Assembly (NCBI GenBank): GCA_963693365.1
Contig: CAVNZM010000014.1
Location: 2,170,001-2,234,000, forward strand
Reading direction: 5' to 3'
Origin: Amoebidium appalachense
Taxonomy: Eukaryota > Protista > Ichthyosporea
Length of the DNA stretch: 64,000 bases
Below, piece after piece: positions 44,648 through 63,001 of this stretch. The position numbers and the translations under genes are program-made. Within the stretch, counting starts at the first letter, position 1. Each line of letters opens with the position of its first letter. The notes under the pieces were generated by a model, which searched no databases, was not told the DNA's origin, and saw only the letters and a list, made by a program, of their open reading frames with translations.

Positions 44648-44865
44648 ACAGACTACGTACCCCGTCAGACAAGCAAAATTTAGCCGCCGCCGGCTAAGAT
44701 TGCTATGGTATATGACGTCACAACAATTTGCTACCATATTTAGTGAGAAATTGGTAAACGCCACATATCATAGCGGGGGGTTTATGCACTTTGTATTGCT
44801 GCGGACATAGCAATCTTAGCCGGCGGCGGCTAAATTTTGCTAGTCTGACCGGGTGCGTAGTCTGT
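44648..44865. mobile_element. MITE with ~60-bp near-perfect TIRs
   Basis: acagactacg...aaaatttagccgccgccggctaagattgctatg, with its reverse complement at 44806-44865. Confidence 0.75.
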
Positions 44866-45521
44866 GATACCCTTGTTTTCAACGTGTCACGTGTACATGT
44901 CACGATGCGGATGTGTGTTTTTGGAAGAGAACAGGAATTTTGGCACATAATGATTCTACTCGAGGTAGAAACATATCGAATTGGAGTCCTTGGGCCCGTC
45001 CAGGGGGGGGGGGGGGGGGGGGGGGAGGGGGACAGGCACAGGGGGAGGCCGGGGGGGAAGGGAAGGTTAGAAGTTGCTGCAGAGTAGAACTGTTCGAAGT
45101 CCATACTCACAGTTGACGGACAACACAAATGTAGTGGTGGTTGTGGGTGCGGGTGTGTGTGGGTTGGGGGTGGGGAGGGGGGAGGGAGGACGGAGAGGGA
45201 CAAGGGAAGGTTCTTAAACCGCATATTCTATGGTCATGCGATTCTTTATAAAATTCTATGCGCTTAGGCACATTGGACGATATGAAATCGAAATTAAATG
45301 TTTTATTGGCTCATCTGTACGCACCAGACGCACCTAAAAATAAACACAAGCCACCTCCATGTTTGCCGCCCAATATACAATTTCGTACCCGGACCTAATG
45401 CTTTTCGACTTTTCGATCTACCAAAGAAAGAGTCTTCATACTCTTGTGTCTTCTCTGTACAAATTGTAAGCATGAACTCTGTACATTTCCATTACACACC
45501 GATACACATGCTCTATTGGAG

Positions 45522-45746
45522 ACTGGGCTAAGAGCACCGTAACAATGGACTATACTAAATCCAAATCCTACCATCCACAAGATGGGAATTATACTCCATC
45601 CAACCCCTACCATCCATCCGACACCGCAACAACTGGGCTAAGAGCACCGTAACAATGGACTATACTAAATCCAAATCCTACCATCCACAAGATCATGTGG
45701 GAATTATACTCCATCCAACCCCTACCATCCATCCGACACCGCAACA
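45522..45746. repeat. 110-bp tandem duplication (two copies, the second with a 5-bp insertion)
   Basis: actgggctaagagcaccgtaacaatggac... begins at both 45522 and 45632. Confidence 0.9.
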
Positions 45747-45874
45747 ACAACAAAAAATAAAGAAAAGAAAAGGAAAAGTGCAAGCCTACTAACAGTAGCA
45801 ATCGAGGGACCGTCGGACGCTTATCACAAAGCCAGTTACAGGGAGCTATTCCTCAGACTCGGAAAACGCGTCTA

Positions 45875-46954
45875 CTAACAAAGGCAGACAAGGCACGGAC
45901 GCCTGCACGTGCTCAGACTGAGTTGCAAGGAGCTGTTCGTCAGACTTGTGCTAGGGGATATGGTAGTTATGGAACCGTAGACGCCGGGGGAGGCTCCGTT
46001 CATAGTTGCAGAGCCTGAAGAATGGAAATCACTCAGGAGTGTGGTTCCGGTGGCCCTTCTCTGGCGATAGGATTCTGCGGATGGATTGTGTGTTAGTTAT
46101 TAAGTTAAGTATAAAATGTTAAAGTTGTAGAGAAAATATTTAGTATTGGTTGGCATGTCAACAGCACAGTCAAGTATACCTTTTGCATTGTCTAGCAAAC
46201 AGCTCCCAGGGGCAAAGGAAAAAGAAAAGATGAGTAAGGAAAGAAAAAGAAGAAACCGAAGAAAAACGCCGGGGGAAAAAAAAAAAGAGGAGGAAGGAAA
46301 TGAAGAGGAGGAGGAAGAGGAGGAGGAAATGAAAAACTCACCAGATGCGCTCCAGAGCAGAACATCAGTTCCGTTGACGTGTTTGAGAGTGATCGACTCG
46401 TCGTCCACGATCATAACCTTGTGGCCAGCCGTAGTGTAGAGCAGCACGTTCTCGTTTCGCGTCAGTTCATATCCACTGATCCGGAAGGATTCCACAACAC
46501 CATCTGGCATGGTCATCTGAACCTTGTCGAGCCTGTCCAAATCCTGGGGCGGAACAAGCGGCAAGTCTTTAAGCGTAACACGGTACACTGCGGGATTAGT
46601 CGTAATGACGTCGTTGGAGTACTTGTTCACGAGCATGTTCCCATTCAAAACGGTGTCCTTCGTCATAACTAGAACGGCATACACCAGTCCCACTGTAGCC
46701 ACCACCATGAGAATGAAAGTCATTGCGGCGCCTCCGAGAGCCCAACCGAGGCGTTTCTTCTGCTGTTTCGTTTTCTTAAACGCTTTTGCGGCGATGGTCA
46801 GGTCTGAAGAGTCGATGATTCCGTCACCGTTTTCATCAAACGCAGACATCATCTTACGACATTGAACGGGGAAATCGGATACGGGGATCCGGAGAACACG
46901 GCTGGGTTTCTCGTCCCAGTCGAGGTCAAGAGCCTCTCTCACAGTCTTGGCCAT
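45875..46954 (-). CDS. EF-hand single-pass membrane protein; exons 46954-46342 and 46074-45875
   Basis: EF-hand loop DENGDGIIDSSDL, a basic stretch, then TM LGWALGGAAMTFILMVVATVGLVYAVLVM. Intron TCTG|gtgagt...ctaac...ccgcag|AA. Exon 2 is less certain. Confidence 0.72.
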
Positions 46955-47392
46955 TCTGCGAACGTAATGTTGTTGTTGGTGTAAGTTTTTAACCTTGCAT
47001 ATACGACAGATGCATGAAGATTTTTTACAAAATTTGCGTGTCTAACCGTTAGCAAGCGCTAGCCCTTAGACCGTTGAATGCACAACAACTGCCCCATACA
47101 CAGAACTAGCTCACAGAACTACTTCCGTCGACTTTCTTTATCACCATTGTTTCAAGTGTTGTGAGGTAACTTAAAAAGGTGAGGGGTTCAGGTTTGGGTT
47201 TACGTACTTTCGTTTCCTGAAGCTGAATGCGGCTGGCGCTACAACTCAATGCCGATGATAACTTGTATGGCAGGCCGGGCGGTTTGTACTCGAGCGGAAT
47301 CAGAGAAGTCGGCGGGGATGGAAGCCTGAGGTGGTTTGCAGGCTTCTTGTAGTTTGTCGTTTCTTTGTGAAGGTTTATAACTTTCTCCAACA

Positions 47393-47695
47393 CAGGGGTT
47401 AGAATTACAGTGCCACTTGGCAGTAAAAAAGCCACCTCAAATCCGAAAAGAGCCACTTGACACGGACCGCTACAATCGTTCCACTGAAATCTGTGCCTGT
47501 GGCACAGTAATATTATATATATGTATATATATATATACGTACATATATATATATATATGTATATCTATATATTATATATGTATATATATACATATATATT
47601 CATGTGCAAATGGCACTGAAAATACAGTCGGGGCTACGAAAATATGCACCGGATTCCCGAAACACCATTGTGATAATTACGAATTTTAAGCCCTG
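47393..47695. mobile_element. hAT-like MITE containing (TA)n
   Basis: Termini caggggttagaatt / aattttaagccctg; 8-bp flanks ctccaaca and ctcttaca (6/8 match). Confidence 0.6.
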
Positions 47696-48074
47696 CTCTT
47701 ACACCCGATCACCGGTACCGTAGGAGTGAAAGCCAAGAAACACACACCCTGATTGTTTCGATAGCGAAATATTTGCGTTTGGTTCCCCCAAAACTCATAT
47801 GTGTGGGGCGAGTCGTGTGTGGGTGGAACAGCGGATTTACGATTTTCCAGTTTCGACATTTAGAGCACGTAAAATTCCGTTACATACATAAGACTGCATG
47901 TGGTCCTATATATAGCAAAATCAATACATTTACACTAAATATGGATATTTTGGTATAGCGAGGCTCCATTTTCCGTAATTACTAGCTACATACTGTTACA
48001 CACATATGGAAACGGGGTCTAAAATTCCCGCGAGCGAAGGTACAGACATACGATCGCCCTCCCGTTGGGGGATC

Positions 48075-48390
48075 CTGCGTTTCAATCTGCTACCAATCAG
48101 CGCGTGGTCGGATATGCCATAGTCTATATAGTCTATATAGATCTAAGAAAAGCGGCTCTTTGATAGCACATCTTTTCCAAATAAGGCAGGGGATCTGGGT
48201 TTCACGGTTCAAAATCTGGGATAGGAATCTAGAAGGGGGAGGGAAGGGTGGTCTTCTAGATTCCCAAATCCAAACCCAAATCTTCAGCGACAACAAGAAG
48301 AAGCAAGAAAACGCCAAGAACTAAAACTGTAAGTATAATCCTGGTGCATTATCGGCTTAAAATTATAAATTTTTATTACGCAACATTAAA
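48075..48390 (-). mobile_element. Inverted copy of the interior of the 50831-51376 element
   Basis: About 310 bp align with the reverse complement of 50970-51275, e.g. cttttccaaataaggcagg and cccaaatcttcagcgacaa. Confidence 0.7.
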
Positions 48391-48493
48391 GCAACCAACG
48401 CTACTTTCATTTTAGCGTCTGGGCGGGGAGCCACATTGGTGACGTCATTCTTTCCACAAATACCACCGCGTGTAGCCGGCGTGCCCGACTGCC

Positions 48494-48636
48494 GGCTGAA
48501 AAGGGCACTGTCGAGCACTGGCTCTGTCGAATGTCGACATCGGCATGTGACACAATTTGACCGAAACACAGTGACAGGCTGAAAAGGGCATTGTCGAGCA
48601 CTGGCTCTGTTGAATGTCGACATCGGCATGTGGCAC
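48494..48636. repeat. Direct repeat ggctgaaaagggcaYtgtcgagcactggctctgtYgaatgtcgacatcggcatgtg (two copies)
   Basis: Copies start at about 48494 and 48577. Confidence 0.85.
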
Positions 48637-49824
48637 AAGTTGACCAGTGTATCTCTTGATAGTGAAAGTGAAGAGTCAAGTGCTTTGGTGTATTGCTTTT
48701 GCTTTATTGGCCACTCACACATCACAGAGGCACGAAGAAAAAGTTAAAAGATTAGAAATGGCGCCTGATGATTGGCCATGGCCTGAACATTTTTCACACC
48801 AGGCATATAATATATTTCGGTGGCCGCGCTTTCTCAAAATAAACTGGCTACATAATACTACGGGGATACTTTAGTACACTGATAGAAAAAAATAAGGTGC
48901 TTCTACATTACCACTTCAATAGTAACGGATACGAGACGGGTTATATATATAAAATTCAAAATCCAAGTCTGGCAGTCTTTCTTTCTATCATATCCGCGGA
49001 CGTTGCCTTCATATCGATCTTGACTCCGGTCCCAAAGGTGCCCATGATCACTCGCAAACCGATTATCCAGAAGAAGAGGAAGAGAAAGTGCATTTACCGT
49101 AATTACGTATTGCTAATGTGTATATTGGTGATTTAATCCGACATAGGCCAAGCTAAAGTAACAGCGCATGCATATATATATATATATATGCCTTCGAGGT
49201 ATACATATGTACTGAATGTGACAGATGGTAATAGAATTGAATCATCTGATTTACCGCTGGGTTCTTATGCGTGGTCCCTGGTCAACAGTCACCTACAATA
49301 CACGGTGTGTGCTTGCTTCCCTAAAATCCGATTCCGGAGGCGCCATGCAAGCTGCCCGCACATATGGTGGTGATATCAAATGTAATTACACTCAGTGACT
49401 ATGTACGCCTGCATATTCCTGCTTTTTTAGTTATGATAGCATCACAGTTGAGAAGAAAGCAATGGTTTTTGTTATTAGTTAGGGCCTGATGATTTTTTTA
49501 ACAGTGTAGCCCGCGGCTACTCACCCGCAGTTGTACGCGAATCAATTGCAAGATCGAAATCATGTAATAATAAGGTCACAGCTGATCTTGAGATATCAGC
49601 ATAGCACACTGTGGTGTAATATACATATTAGGCTACTCTCTCTTACTAAACATCACAAATCAATTTATTTTGTCAAACGGGGCAAAAAGATTTTTCACTC
49701 TGAGTCTGGCAGGGAAGGGAAGATGCCCAAACCCACAGACACTTCTTCAATCATCACTAATTAGCAAACTGCCATCTGCTATCGCAGCGGGCGTCTCGCA
49801 TCGGGCCACGTGCAGCCGGCCCGG

Positions 49825-50385
49825 GGGGCCCGCTGGGCCGTTTGCTATTGTATACATGTTGGCTCGCATCGCTCGCATTTTGGGGGGCATCGATATCCTG
49901 ACTATCTCTTTACGTGTAGGCTCGCGTCGCTCGCATTTTGGCGGGCACTGAAGTTCGCAATTTTTTTACGGTAGGCTCGCTTCGCTCGCATTTTGCAGGG
50001 GACGGCCCTTGCATTCCGGCACGGCCCTCTCTCTTTTTTTCAGAGGGCCGTGATTCCGGGGCCCTTGCCAAGGATCAGGGCCGCGAACCGCAGTCCCATG
50101 CATATATGACTCCCATTAACCAGTGGCCCGGTCCGCCACCAGTGGCCCGGGCTGGGCCGTTTGCTATTTTATGCGCTTGGCTCGCTTCGCTCGCATTTGG
50201 GGGGGCATCGATATCCTGATTATTTTTTTACGTTGTGGCTCGCTTCGCTCGCATTTGGGGGGCAAGTTTGCTAATTTCTTTTACATGTAGGCTCGCTTCG
50301 CTCGCATTTGGGAGGCAGGTTTGCTATTTTTTTATTTTTTTTTTTACATGTAGGCTCGGGAGTCGGTTCGCTCGCATTTGGTGGG
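49825..50385. repeat. Array of seven ggctcgcttcgctcgcattt units with related spacers; probably transposon-internal
   Basis: Units near 49861, 49919, 49975, 50179, 50237, 50290 and 50365; the block gggccgtttgctatt is duplicated. Confidence 0.75.
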
Positions 50386-50830
50386 CACACGTGACCGTCT
50401 GACGTTGCACTATTGAGAACACGTTGGCCAATTAAACAGTTTGCTCGCACCTCAGTCGAACAAAAAAGCAAGCGCTTCGTCTTGATTGGTCCAGCCATGG
50501 AGCCGCGTTTTTGTAATGATATAAATATGATCATGATCACATGTCACCTGGACTCCTGGAGGTCCTGGTCCACCAGTGATACCGTACCCCGAAAGATCGA
50601 CATGTACATGTTTTCATGCTCCTGTGACGTCTTTGGGAACAGTCACGAACATCGCTGAGAATAGTCTGTCGTTTCTCCTGGAATGGCTGGTATGCGCGTA
50701 CACAATTTTCCTGCACGTGCTGTAGATAGTTTACTGATCCAGCAAGGGCAGACCTCTACCGGCTCTAGCCTCTAGATCTACACGTCTACTGTCTAGCGGA
50801 TGGCATCATCCAATATTGGCAAGGATTATT

Positions 50831-51376
50831 GGGCGACTATACCGTACCCAAATACCCAAACTCAAACCCAGTCACGCACTGCGGCATGACCGCCGCTTCG
50901 CACCACGCCTATGTATTATGAAGAAACAAAGAATATATACTATAATAAGGCATTATAAAACATACAAATATTAATGTTGCGTAATAAGATAATATTTTTA
51001 GGCCAAAATTATACCAGAAATATGCTTAACATCTTGGTTCTTGGCGTTTTCTTGCTTCATCTTCTTGTCGCTGAAGATTTGGGTTTGGGTTTAGGAATCT
51101 GGAAGACCTCCCCCCCCCCTCTAGATTCCTATCCCAAGCCCAGATTTTGAACCGTGAAACCCAAATTACCTGCCTTATTTGGAAAAGAAGAGGCGCTTTT
51201 CTTATAAGATTCAGGTGCTCGATGGTGATCTATGGCATATCCGACCACGCGATGTTGGTAGCAGGTTGAAATGCAATATTTCGCTATCCAATCGACCGTC
51301 AAGACTATAATGAAATCTAGGAAATTCGAATCTGGGTTTAGGTTTGGGTATCTGGGTACGGTATGTATAGCCGCCC
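50831..51376. mobile_element. MITE with GGGC termini (PIF/Harbinger-like)
   Basis: ~45-bp TIRs gggcgactat..accgtacccaaatacccaaac / gtttgggtatctgggtacggt..atagccgccc; ATT on both flanks. Confidence 0.65.
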
Positions 51377-51758
51377 ATTATAGGGCCTCTCAGACACCCC
51401 CCCCCCCCCCCCCCCCCCCCACCCACCCACCCACCCACGTGCACCCACCCACCCACCCACCCACCCACGTGCACCCACCACCACCACCACCACACACGCA
51501 CACACGCGCCTTTTGAATTCGGTTGTGAGGGGGGTTTTACGCTGTTTACGCGGTAGGCAAAAATGCTTGGCTGCAGCCCTCAAGGAGCTGTAACTTAATA
51601 ACTTATGCAAGGGCGGCCCCGGAGGCTCGGGGGACTGGGAGGGGGGGAAGCAGACTCTTGCAACTCTGAGAGGAAGAGGGGAGGGGGGGAGGGGGGGGGG
51701 GGGGGGGGGGGGACGCGTGAAGGCACTGAAGGTGGGGGGGGGGGGGGGGGGGGGGGAA

Positions 51759-51804
<46 letters not shown>

Positions 51805-52659
51805 CGGAGGGATCGGTTTTGAGAGACAGATCTAGAGTCTCAGAGAGAGTCTCGGAGATACAGAGAGAGGATGGGATAGAGTGAGAGAGGGAGGGACTCG
51901 AGGGAGGGGTGGAGAGGGAGACAGGGAGAGTGTGTGTGTGTATGAGACGGGGGATCGGAGTACTAGTAGAGGGTGGGGTGGGCCCGGGGGGAGAGAGAGA
52001 GAGCTCGAGGGAGAGAGAGGGAGAGTCTCAAATTTAAAGAGAGAGATTGATTGAGAGAGCCCCTGTGTGAGGTTGTGTGTAATAAATGTTCATGTGTTTG
52101 TGTCAAGTTCACCGTTTACGAGTTTATCCGCTTTGCATGGGTACAAACCCCAGTCTCAGGGGCCATTCCCTCGTGTGAAAGTTAGACAAGCTTGTCGTTA
52201 ATAATATGTGGTTCGTATTAATAGTCAATAGACTTTGTGCAGCAAAAAAATATCAGTACAGATTCTATGGAGAGCATACGCCAAGCAGCGGCACCAGTCA
52301 AATCCTCAGCAGCACGTGGGAAACCTCCGGAACTTCTGCAACAATTTCAAGGCATGCCTATGGTTTCTGTATCCCATTAAAGCCCTGCCAGGTTCGTGTA
52401 AAAACGAACTGTTACACATGGCTCCATGAATTTCTTGAATATCACTGTGAGGTTCACGTGAGACCTAGCGAACGTGAGGCTTTTGTCATGATCATGAGTG
52501 TAATTCAAGAGACGTGGTCCACAGCCCCTTGATGAGAAAATGTGCCAGTTTCACGTACATAATGGGCACCTCGCGTGCATACGCACAACTTGACATGACC
52601 TACGTACGTTATCACGCGTACGGGACATAAGACGACCACGGCCATTGAATATGATGCAC

Positions 52660-52802
52660 GTGCGTACGCGTGGGCCCTAATCCACGGCCCACGCCTGATG
52701 TGCGTGCCCCTTCTCCACGGCTCACATAATATGCGTGGGCCCTAATCCACGGCCCACGTGATGTGCGTGCCCCTACCCCACGGCGCACATGATGTGCGTG
52801 GA
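52660..52802. repeat. ~64-bp tandem repeat carrying a cgtgggcc-N9-ggcccacg hairpin
   Basis: gcgtgggccctaatccacggcccacg occurs twice. Confidence 0.75.
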
Positions 52803-53867
52803 CATGGGCTCAGATCTCGATCGAGTCTCTTCATGGGCACGTGATCAGGCATGATGCACACATACTTTGATGTGTTAAATGAGCATATTACGCTAGCCAA
52901 AACTTCATGTCACGATGATATAATACGGCACAAAGACAGAAACGTGGCATGCGTAAAGTTAAGTGCCTATCAAAACTTGTAAGTGACATACTTCTTCGAG
53001 GCTGTGCGTGCCTGCCCGCGGCGGCGGTCATGGGGGCGGCCAGTGTCACGGCACTGCGCCTGTATGCCGGATCTACAAGATCTACAGTACTCTGTGGGCT
53101 ATCTATTGGCCCATGAGATCTAGATCTAGATCCTCGGCTACTGGCGTCAGCGCCTGACCACGGCCCTCTGAAAAGGAAAAGAGGGCCGTGGTTTACATAT
53201 GAGGGCGTGTCCGCGTTTAAGAGCGTGCAGCACAACTGATGACAAACTGTTGATAGAGATTCATCGGTGATGAGGTTTTTATTTTCTTAAAAAGAAGCGC
53301 ATTTGAAGATTCGCTAATATTTCTGCATTTCTACAAAAAAGAGCGGTCTGGTGTGTGTGTGTGTGTGTGTGTGTGTGCATGTGTGCGTGTGTGCGTGTGT
53401 GTGTGTGTGCGTGTGTGTGCGTATGCGTGTGTCCGTGTGTGTGCATGTGTGCGCGCGCGTGTGGGTGGGTGGGTGGGTGAGTGGGTGGGTGGGGGGAAGG
53501 GGGGGGGAGGGGGGCGGGGAGGGGGAGGCTGCAACACCATTTCCGGTCAGCCAAGCTCCAATTTATACATATTAGTAGCACACGAGCACTTGCTAGGTCA
53601 AGGGGTCTTCTTCTTGTATTCTGTGAGTTAGATGGGTCGTACTGGGTAATACACTGTAAATTTGCCCGGCATTACGTCAGCACAAACACCTCGGCAAGAG
53701 GCCACCCGTGTTGTGGTATTAATCATGGCTCAATTGATGGTTGTTAACTTCGTCTTATTTCAAATTATCATGCACACAGTGCAAAGTCCGCAACGTTAAT
53801 CGATTTCAATGATATGACCGTAATATTTTGAATTCAGGTATACTAGTGATATCCCGCACACAGTGCG

Positions 53868-53900
<33 letters not shown>

Positions 53901-53901
53901 G

Positions 53902-53965
<64 letters not shown>

Positions 53966-54728
53966 GGCCGCGCACTCTCACACTTGAGCCACCCGCATGT
54001 AAAATAGTAGTCCGTCCGGATCATTGAGACACCCGTGTCACGGTGTTAACTTGCGTGCCGTGGCTCACATACCCAAACACGCGCGTAATCGGGCTCGCAC
54101 GCCCACGCCCACGCACATGCCCAAGCACACTTGTATGTACATACACACACACAGATTTTTTTTGATTTTTTTTGTTCACAAATCTTTATATTGTACTTCC
54201 CTTTGGCACTGCTGTATACAGCTGCCTTGGGGTGGACACGAGCCTCACGAACCCTTTATACCTACTTTTGTGTTGAACCACTGTGTACTGATGAGTAGCC
54301 CGTCACACAGACATTGCAGAACAACTTTGTAGTAGATATTCTCGTAAACATTTTTTCTTTTTTGGGGGGCGGAGGGGGGGGGGGGGGGGGGGGGAGGGGG
54401 GGGGGGGGCTTATTCTACGGTCGTTAACGTTGTCCGTGTGTGTTGATTTTTATTTGTGGGGGGGGGGGGGGGGGGGGTCTAAAAGGTGTTGTTGTTGCTC
54501 GGGGGGTTGAACGAGGGTGGTGGGGTGCATTTGGCATTCCATGGCATGAAGTGCCGGTGGTGGTGGTGGTTGGTGATAGTATGTGTCTTTTAATGTGTTG
54601 TGGGTTGCACTCTGCTCCTTACAGTGTGTGTTGGTGTTGCTCCTTCAGTGTGTGCGTGTTGCATCTAATGCAACCCGATAGGGTCACGGTGGGAGGGTGA
54701 GTGGGTGTGTGTGTGTGTGTGTTTGTGT

Positions 54729-54772
<44 letters not shown>

Positions 54773-54929
54773 GGGGGGGTGGGTGGAGGGGGTTCCGTTA
54801 CCGGTGCTGACACACACACAATCAGCATGACACAAGCAAACAGGCACACATGCACTCACAAACACACACGCATGATACACAAATGAATCTGCAGTGACAA
54901 ACGGTGCGTGCCACAGACATATATGCGCA

Positions 54930-55010
<81 letters not shown>

Positions 55011-55011
55011 C

Positions 55012-55050
<39 letters not shown>

Positions 55051-55134
55051 CACACACGCACACACACACGCGCGCGCGCACACACACGCACACAGATGGA
55101 TGAGATGTTTTGTATTTTCCCTAACTACAGCGAG

Positions 55135-60210
<5,076 letters not shown>

Positions 60211-60229
60211 CTCCAAATCCGGGGCAATG

Positions 60230-61435
60230 TGTCAATTAATTGGAAGAAATGCGCCGTAAAAATAACGGATTATGCATCCCGGCAGTCGAAATTAAAGGGG
60301 GGTCCATCAACGGCTGCTTTAGGGATATTGACAGCGCTAGCCGGAGGTATCGTAGGGGGCCGGGGGTGGCTTGCATAGGTGGGAAGGCCGAAGGGGGAGG
60401 CGGATGGAGGTGTGTGTGTGTGTGTGTGTATGTGTGTGTGTGCGTGTGTGTGTGCGTGTGTGTTAGGTGGGGGGGGGGAGGATGTATTCGGTGTGCTGTT
60501 GTCCATTATTACCATAGCATTGTTTGTGACGGCGAAGCTTCCTCTCGCTATCTCACTCCCTCTTTCTTTTCTCTTCCTGTTTTTTCTGCCTTTTCGCGTT
60601 ATTACCATACGCAGTATAAGTTTCTTTCTCGTTCTGATAGAGAAATCAAAGGTAAAACTCAGTCGGCATGTGTTATGTTCCTTAGGCAACACCGTACTGA
60701 TCATTATCGCTTTTTGGGAGCTTTGGCAGGATACATTTCTCCTGCTGTACGTATGGATACCACCCTAGTAGATAAGTCTGTATGGTGCTCTGATGTTGAT
60801 ATTGCCTGGGAAGTTGTGCAGTGGCGCTGTATTTCTTGTTTTCATCGCCGCTGGTGCCACTTTTGTGCTGACCTTTTTAATCGCAAGCATGTTGATAGGT
60901 GTGAATTTTTATGTCGAGTTTTACCTCTTTCCCTCCGGGTATGTATCTGCTACACTAGCTGGCAATGTGAACACTTTAGACTTTTTGTTGAATTCTGTTG
61001 GTCGTCACATTGAGTATTTATATGATTTTCACACAGTGTTCAGGTATCTCAGTATGCACTTGTTACTGGATAACTCGTGAAGTTTTTATTGTCTTCTCAG
61101 TGTGCCGTGCATACTTGCATATCTTTCCGTCGAATAAATCCAGTCAAAAGAAAAAATTTTATGTCGCGTTTTGCCTCTTTCCCTCCGGGTATCTGCTACA
61201 CTAGCTGGCAATGTGAACACTTTAGACTTTTTGTTGAATTCTGTTGGTCGTCACATTGAGTATTTATATGATTTTCACACAGTGTTCAGGTATCTCAGTA
61301 TGCACTTGTTACTGGATAACTCGTGAAGTTTTTTTTTTATTGTCTTCTCAGTATGCCGTGCATACTTGTCATATCTTTCCGTCGAATAAATCCAGTCAAA
61401 AGAAAAAAAAAAAAAAGAAAGAAAAAAAAAAAAAT
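60230..61435 (+). pseudogene. Decayed multi-pass membrane protein sequence, probably a retrocopy
   Basis: One hydrophobic frame broken by TAG (60376), a (GT)n insertion, TAG-TAG (60766-60771) and TGA (61078); ends with AATAAA and an A-rich tail. Confidence 0.4.
60904..61405. repeat. ~250-bp tandem duplication
   Basis: aattttatgtcg...gtcgaataaatccagtcaaaagaaaaaa occurs twice, near-identical. Confidence 0.9.
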
Positions 61436-61895
61436 ATCAGAGGTATCTGTGATATTTCAGTTTCTCATATTTTGAAGATTATCTCAATAAGGTCATTATA
61501 ATACTAAAAAAAAGGAATATCAGACAGCTGTGCCACATGAAGATGGCGACATCCAGATGACACACGGCTTGTTCGGGGGGCCAATCAGCTTCTTTTTCAG
61601 TTTACAACTGCAACCATTTTTGGTTATAACTAACACCCAATCAAAATAGATTCTTTGTGGTGCCTGTTAAACCAATCGGAAATGCTTTCCGAACCAATCA
61701 GCGGGCGTAAGCACAAGCACAATTCCAGCCATCGGATGACCACTGCAGATTGCGGCAATTCAAGCCGTTCCGAGGAACAGGTACAAAAGGACCCGTCGTG
61801 ACTTTCTTTACTACACAAAAGCGCACAAACACACTACTAATTAAAACCACCATTTCACTACAAAAAAAAAACACACACAGAATAATTCAAGGAAT

Positions 61896-62432
61896 ATGCA
61901 TCGTCTCTTCACCCTCCTTGCCACCGTGTGCCTCAGGTCCCTGACGTCCTCTGCTATTCCTCTGGTCGCGCACAGATACAATGCCCGCACCTATCCCCTC
62001 GAGAGCGCCGGCCGCAACCATGTCCGCTTGAACACCAAGAAAATGGACTTAGAGACAACATTCTACCTTCGAAGCTCACAGGTGGACGCCTGCTTCATCG
62101 CCGAGTCTGGTACCGTGCGCCTAGCAGAAAACTGCCAGGCAGACAGCGTGCAGTATGCATACTACGTCCCCGATGGCAGGACCAAGATTCTCCTACAAAA
62201 CGGTAACAAGGATTGTCTGCGCACAGATGACGGCGAGGATTTCACGTGGTCCCAGTGCACTCACTCTCACGAGCAGTTTGTTTACAACACCGCGACGGGT
62301 CAAATCCGCCAGGTAGTTGATGGTGTGGCGCAGTGTGTCACGGCGAATTTTGGGCCCCAGGGGGTGTGGACTACCATCGACCACTGTGATGATAACGACT
62401 CCAACCAGAGATTCTACACCGTCCAAGCTTGA
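61896..62432 (+). CDS. Secreted ricin-B (beta-trefoil) lectin-like protein, 178 aa, intronless
   Basis: Signal-peptide-like N-terminus; three Cys pairs each followed by a QxF/Y-like motif (DACF..ENC..QYAY; KDCL..SQC..EQF; TGQIR..QCV..DHCDDNDSNQRF). Confidence 0.75.
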   Translation: MHRLFTLLATVCLRSLTSSAIPLVAHRYNARTYPLESAGRNHVRLNTKKMDLETTFYLRSSQVDACFIAESGTVRLAENCQADSVQYAYYVPDGRTKILLQNGNKDCLRTDDGEDFTWSQCTHSHEQFVYNTATGQIRQVVDGVAQCVTANFGPQGVWTTIDHCDDNDSNQRFYTVQA

Positions 62433-62879
62433 GAAAAAGATTGGAATTCAGTCACCCCATGTTGGGATTTGAAGGCTGAGTGAGTGACTATACTTGTTGC
62501 ATTATATCGTGAGTGTTCAAATGCATTGCTGACACAGTCTGCCACATCTCTCAGAGTCCTATGTAGGGGCTCAGTATGTACAATAAACGGGAATATCACT
62601 GTATGTATATTAGTTACTATTAGCTAATATTTCTATTATGGGCCTTTCAGGGGCTTGTACCCACCCAAAGGATGGTGGTGTGAAACGAGACGTCAATAAA
62701 ACCGTTATTGACGGAAAAGAACAAAACAGACCTTCGTGTATAAAGAAGACAGGGTCCAAGCTACACTTAGGTGCCCCCATAATATTGATTGGCCGAATGG
62801 AGCGCGCGCGGCCGATGAAAGCGCAAGTATCCCATAATATTGCATATGTATGCAACTACCTGGACTCAGGGGGGGTAAG

Positions 62880-63001
<122 letters not shown>

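Noticed and set aside
46100-46341. C-terminal FFISSSS... extension of the EF-hand ORF
   Set aside because: It begins at a GTGAGT donor and is pyrimidine-rich intron sequence.
49860-50385. CRISPR-like array of ggctcgcttcgctcgcattt with ~35-40-nt spacers
   Set aside because: Spacers resemble each other, spacing is irregular, the context is eukaryotic and no cas genes are present; it fits a transposon-internal repeat.
52206-53235. Short non-repetitive ORFs (108 aa +, 115 aa -)
   Set aside because: No recognisable motifs or coherent splice structure.
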